From assembly GCA_963785235.1 (NCBI GenBank), contig CAWAUM010000002.1, positions 884-64,883 of the forward strand: a stretch of DNA of 64,000 bases, in the 5' to 3' direction. The stretch is from an uncultured delta proteobacterium. GTDB lineage: Bacteria; Desulfobacterota; Desulfomonilia; UBA1062. Positions within the stretch are counted from its first letter, which is position 1; every line of letters begins with the position of its first letter. The notes under the pieces are model-generated. The model had not been told where the DNA came from. It did not search any database and was given only the letters and a program-made list of their open reading frames with translations. The position numbers and the translations under genes are program-made. Shown here piece by piece: positions 61,331 to 64,000 of the stretch.

Positions 61331-61525
61331 ATGTCAAGACGGTGTGATATTTGTGGAAAAGGTACGCAGACAGGGCATAATGTTTCCCATGCACAGAACA
61401 AGTCCAAAAAAGTCTGGCTTCCAAATCTCCAGAAGGTGCGTGTAGATACTGCCCAGGGCGTTAAGAGCATAAGGGTATGTACACAGTGCATAAAATCCAA
61501 TAAGATCCAGAAACACGCTGCCTGA
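61331..61525 (+). CDS. rpmB: 50S ribosomal protein L28
   Basis: [21 protein letters not shown]... Confidence 0.9.
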   Translation: MSRRCDICGKGTQTGHNVSHAQNKSKKVWLPNLQKVRVDTAQGVKSIRVCTQCIKSNKIQKHAA

Positions 61526-61710
61526 TAAGAGCCTTACCGCGCCTTTCCAGCTGACACTGTTAACCTCGAGCACCTCATGATCTAGAGGTGTGTCAGTATT
61601 TGTTGGGTTGCTATCTGCTGTTCTCATTAACATCCTAAGAATAATTCCATATTCACCTTTATAAAAATACATGCTAATGAAAAATTAAAGAATAAGACAA
61701 CTGCTATGCG

Positions 61711-62193
61711 ATGCGGAGATATGTTATGAACAACAGATATCCACTTATAGTACTGCTCATGGTCCTCATGGGATGCGCAACTCCACAACCTCTGGCACCC
61801 ACGGTGGATGACACCTCTTTCTTTCTTGGCCGGTTTGATAAGGTGTGGGATGTGACATTGAAGGTATTGGAGAAGAAATCCTTGGCCATAAAGGACATCA
61901 ATAAGGAAAAAGGCGAAATAGTAACCCGCTTCGCGAATTATTCCATAGGGGCGCGTGCCCACCAGGACCTGCAGACTATCGCTGAAAAACCTGAACTAAG
62001 GCTGGGTCTCTATACCCAGGTGGGTTATTCGCTGACCATCAAGCTCACCCCGATTAATGACATGAGCACACAGGTAAAGATCACTGCAAATATCGAGGCA
62101 TATGATACAAATGTCACCCAGAAGTGGCAAAAGTGCATATCAAAAAATGTTATTGAACGGGAATTATTAGAAAAGATCAAGTCTTCTCTTTAG
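61711..62193 (+). CDS. Hypothetical lipoprotein
   Basis: Signal/lipobox LLMVLMGC; 160 aa. I recognise no family for it. Confidence 0.5.
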   Translation: MRRYVMNNRYPLIVLLMVLMGCATPQPLAPTVDDTSFFLGRFDKVWDVTLKVLEKKSLAIKDINKEKGEIVTRFANYSIGARAHQDLQTIAEKPELRLGLYTQVGYSLTIKLTPINDMSTQVKITANIEAYDTNVTQKWQKCISKNVIERELLEKIKSSL

Positions 62194-62232
62194 GAAAAAA
62201 AAGAGGCTGCCAGAGATGGCAGCCTCTTTTAA
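62193..62232. terminator. Bidirectional rho-independent terminator between the lipoprotein gene (+) and the thiolase gene (-)
   Basis: A8 - AAGAGGCTGCCA-GAGA-TGGCAGCCTCTT - TT. Confidence 0.7.
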
Positions 62233-62251
62233 GTATCATGTGAAGCTTTGA

Positions 62252-63457
62252 TTAATCGCAGAGCTCGAACAGTGCTGCAGCACCCATTCCGCCACCGATA
62301 CACATGGACTCGACGCCGTACTTTGCGCCTCTGGCCTGCATTTCGGTCATGAGCTGCGCGCAGAGTTTCGCGCCGGTGCATCCGAGCGGATGGCCAAGGG
62401 CAATGGCGCCGCCGTTGACGTTGACGATCCGCTGATCACTCTCGTGGGAGTAATACTTCTCGTCATAGAGACCGATCTGCTGGAGGCTGTAGATGGCCTG
62501 GGATGCAAAGGCCTCATTGACCTCGAAACAGGCCCTATGTCGGATACCTTCGAGGCCTGCAACCTTCAGAACCTTGGGGATCGCATAGGCAGGCCCGACA
62601 CCCATCTCGTCCGAGCGGCAACCCGCAACCACATATGCCTTGAACTTGGCAATGGGCTTCACTCCGTACTTCTTGACCGCCTCGCCGCTCATGATCAGTG
62701 AACATGCAGCGCCATCAGTGGTCTGGGAGGAGTTGCCTGCCGTGACCGAGCCCATGGCTGAGAATGCCGGACGGAGCTTTGCAAGACCTTCCATGGTGGT
62801 TGGTCTGACACCGTCATCAGAATCCTGGATAAAGGTCTCTTTCACGGTGATGCCGTTCTTCTCTTTGAACCTTACTGCCTCTACCGGCACGATCTCCTTG
62901 AACTTGCCGTTCTTCTGGGCCTCGGCTGCCTTTGCCTGTGAGCCGAACGCGAACTTGTCCTGCATCTCACGGGTGATCTTGTAACGGGTGGCCACGTTCT
63001 CTGCGGTCATGCCCATGGAAATGTAGGCATCCGGGTATGTTTTTGCCAGTTCGGGATGAGGCCTGGGCATGTTGCCGCCCATGGGGACTATGGACATGGA
63101 CTCTAACCCGGCGCCGATGGCCACGTCACACATGCCGCCCATGATCCTCATGGCCTGCAGTGATATGGCTTCCAGACCGGAGGCGCAGAACCTGTTGACC
63201 GTAGCGCCGCAGGTATCATCCGGGAACCCTGACATCTGGGCGATGATGCGACCGATGTTGAGCCCCTGCTCTGCCTCGGGGAATGCACAACCGACCAATA
63301 TATCTTCCACGTCCTTCTTCTCTATGCCCTTGGCCCTCTCCATAAGACCGTTGAGTGCGGTCTTCAAGAGATCTTCAGGGCGAGTAAAGGCTAAGGCGCC
63401 TCTGCCCCTTCTGCACCCGGGAATCCTTACTGACTGTACGATATATGCTTCTCTCAT
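62252..63457 (-). CDS. Thiolase-family acetyl-CoA acetyltransferase/3-ketoacyl-CoA thiolase
   Basis: NRFCASGLEAI has the active-site Cys. The C-terminus is CIGGGMGAAALFE. Confidence 0.9.
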   Translation of the reverse strand: MREAYIVQSVRIPGCRRGRGALAFTRPEDLLKTALNGLMERAKGIEKKDVEDILVGCAFPEAEQGLNIGRIIAQMSGFPDDTCGATVNRFCASGLEAISLQAMRIMGGMCDVAIGAGLESMSIVPMGGNMPRPHPELAKTYPDAYISMGMTAENVATRYKITREMQDKFAFGSQAKAAEAQKNGKFKEIVPVEAVRFKEKNGITVKETFIQDSDDGVRPTTMEGLAKLRPAFSAMGSVTAGNSSQTTDGAACSLIMSGEAVKKYGVKPIAKFKAYVVAGCRSDEMGVGPAYAIPKVLKVAGLEGIRHRACFEVNEAFASQAIYSLQQIGLYDEKYYSHESDQRIVNVNGGAIALGHPLGCTGAKLCAQLMTEMQARGAKYGVESMCIGGGMGAAALFELCD

Positions 63458-63491
63458 TGGTTTCCTCCTAGTTCTTTCTCGTGTTTTCCGA

Positions 63492-64000
63492 TTACAGGAA
63501 CAACGGTTTGCCTGTGGTCATGATGTTCTCGGCCATCTTCTGGGTGTTTTCGGTCTTCCACAGATCGACAAACGCCTCTCTTTCGAGCGTCATGAGGTGC
63601 TCTTCGCTGACCGCTGTTCCGCATGGCACATCACCGCCGGACATACAGACCGCAATCTTCTTGGCGATGAATTCCATGTGAGGCGTGATGTATCCGCCGC
63701 CCTTCATGTTGTTCATCTCGGCCCAGATCATACCCTGGGCCTCGCGTCCGAAGACCGGGATGTTCTTCTTGATGGGCGGGGCATAGCCGTCATCCACCAT
63801 CTTGAGGACTTCCTTTTTGGCCTCGCCGATGAGGTTGTCGCGGTTCATGACGATGCGGTCTGCGGCACCGAGGAATCCTCTGGTTCTGGCCTGCTCGGCC
63901 GAGTTGGAAACCTTTGCCTGTGCCACTGCCATGAACGCGTTGATGAAGAATCCGCCGTAATCGGTAACCTTGTAATCTTCGGGCTTGGAAGTGATGATCT
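63492..64000 (-). CDS. C-terminal part of a FadB/FadJ-like 3-hydroxyacyl-CoA dehydrogenase multifunctional protein. The gene continues beyond the window end.
   Basis: A C-terminal helical domain upstream of the thiolase, in a fadBA-type arrangement. The assignment is tentative. Confidence 0.4.
   Translation of the reverse strand, partial: IITSKPEDYKVTDYGGFFINAFMAVAQAKVSNSAEQARTRGFLGAADRIVMNRDNLIGEAKKEVLKMVDDGYAPPIKKNIPVFGREAQGMIWAEMNNMKGGGYITPHMEFIAKKIAVCMSGGDVPCGTAVSEEHLMTLEREAFVDLWKTENTQKMAENIMTTGKPLFL

Noticed and set aside
61073-61347. ORFs 61073..61285 (-) and 61135..61347 (+), which overlap tRNA-Leu
   Set aside because: The region folds into a canonical type II tRNA, so the ORFs are artefacts.
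1-64000. CRISPR arrays, integrases and transposases
   Set aside because: I scanned the intergenic regions and found no short direct repeats interspersed with regular spacers. The only tyrosine recombinases are the housekeeping xerC and xerD. No protein resembles a transposase.

Overview
This 64 kb window looks compositionally mosaic. The first 3.65 kb is very GC-rich (my estimate >65%). It carries a peptide deformylase gene that starts before the window, a BMP-family ABC-transporter lipoprotein gene, two PepSY-domain proteins and a Pro-rich secreted protein. Nearly every gene in that block is broken by 1-nt indels. Near position 3650 the sequence switches, inside one open reading frame, to the 3' end of tsaD at roughly 50% GC. 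After tsaD comes an AT-rich (my estimate ~38% GC) PEGA/TolB-like lipoprotein gene. The remaining ~58 kb is Deltaproteobacteria-like, with gene content typical of a syntrophic fatty-acid or aromatic degrader. It includes housekeeping genes: rsmA, xerC-hslVU, a yhaM-like exoribonuclease, recD2, ftsK-lolA, a second intact def-fmt-rpe, xerD, rpmB, RNase J, coaX, and tRNA-Ala and tRNA-Leu. It also carries many acyl-CoA metabolism genes: three thiolase-family genes, an enoyl-CoA hydratase, an acyl-CoA dehydrogenase, a 4-hydroxybutyrate-type CoA transferase, a GctAB-like two-subunit CoA transferase and a FadB-like fragment at the window end. Further features are a large sigma-54/GAF activator, an NtrC-type two-component system, larC-larB, two amidase_3 paralogs and an oxygen-detoxification cluster (rubrerythrin, rubredoxin, flavodiiron protein, desulfoferrodoxin). 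I found no CRISPR arrays or transposases. The observations most worth a second look are: (i) a ~660 bp islet beside tRNA-Ala carrying a relBE toxin-antitoxin pair and ending in a direct repeat of the tRNA 3' end; (ii) putative sigma-54 promoters upstream of the GlyGly-CTERM-like S8 protease, the divergent CoA-transferase gene, a trio of tiny membrane proteins and the GctAB operon; (iii) a degenerate WP-repeat protein next to mlaD with an A7 homopolymer at its frame break; (iv) an orphan FlgB-like rod protein; (v) a 28-bp perfect inverted repeat; and (vi) at least 20 single-base frameshifts, often at homopolymers, that fragment the ORF track and suggest an unpolished or chimeric assembly.
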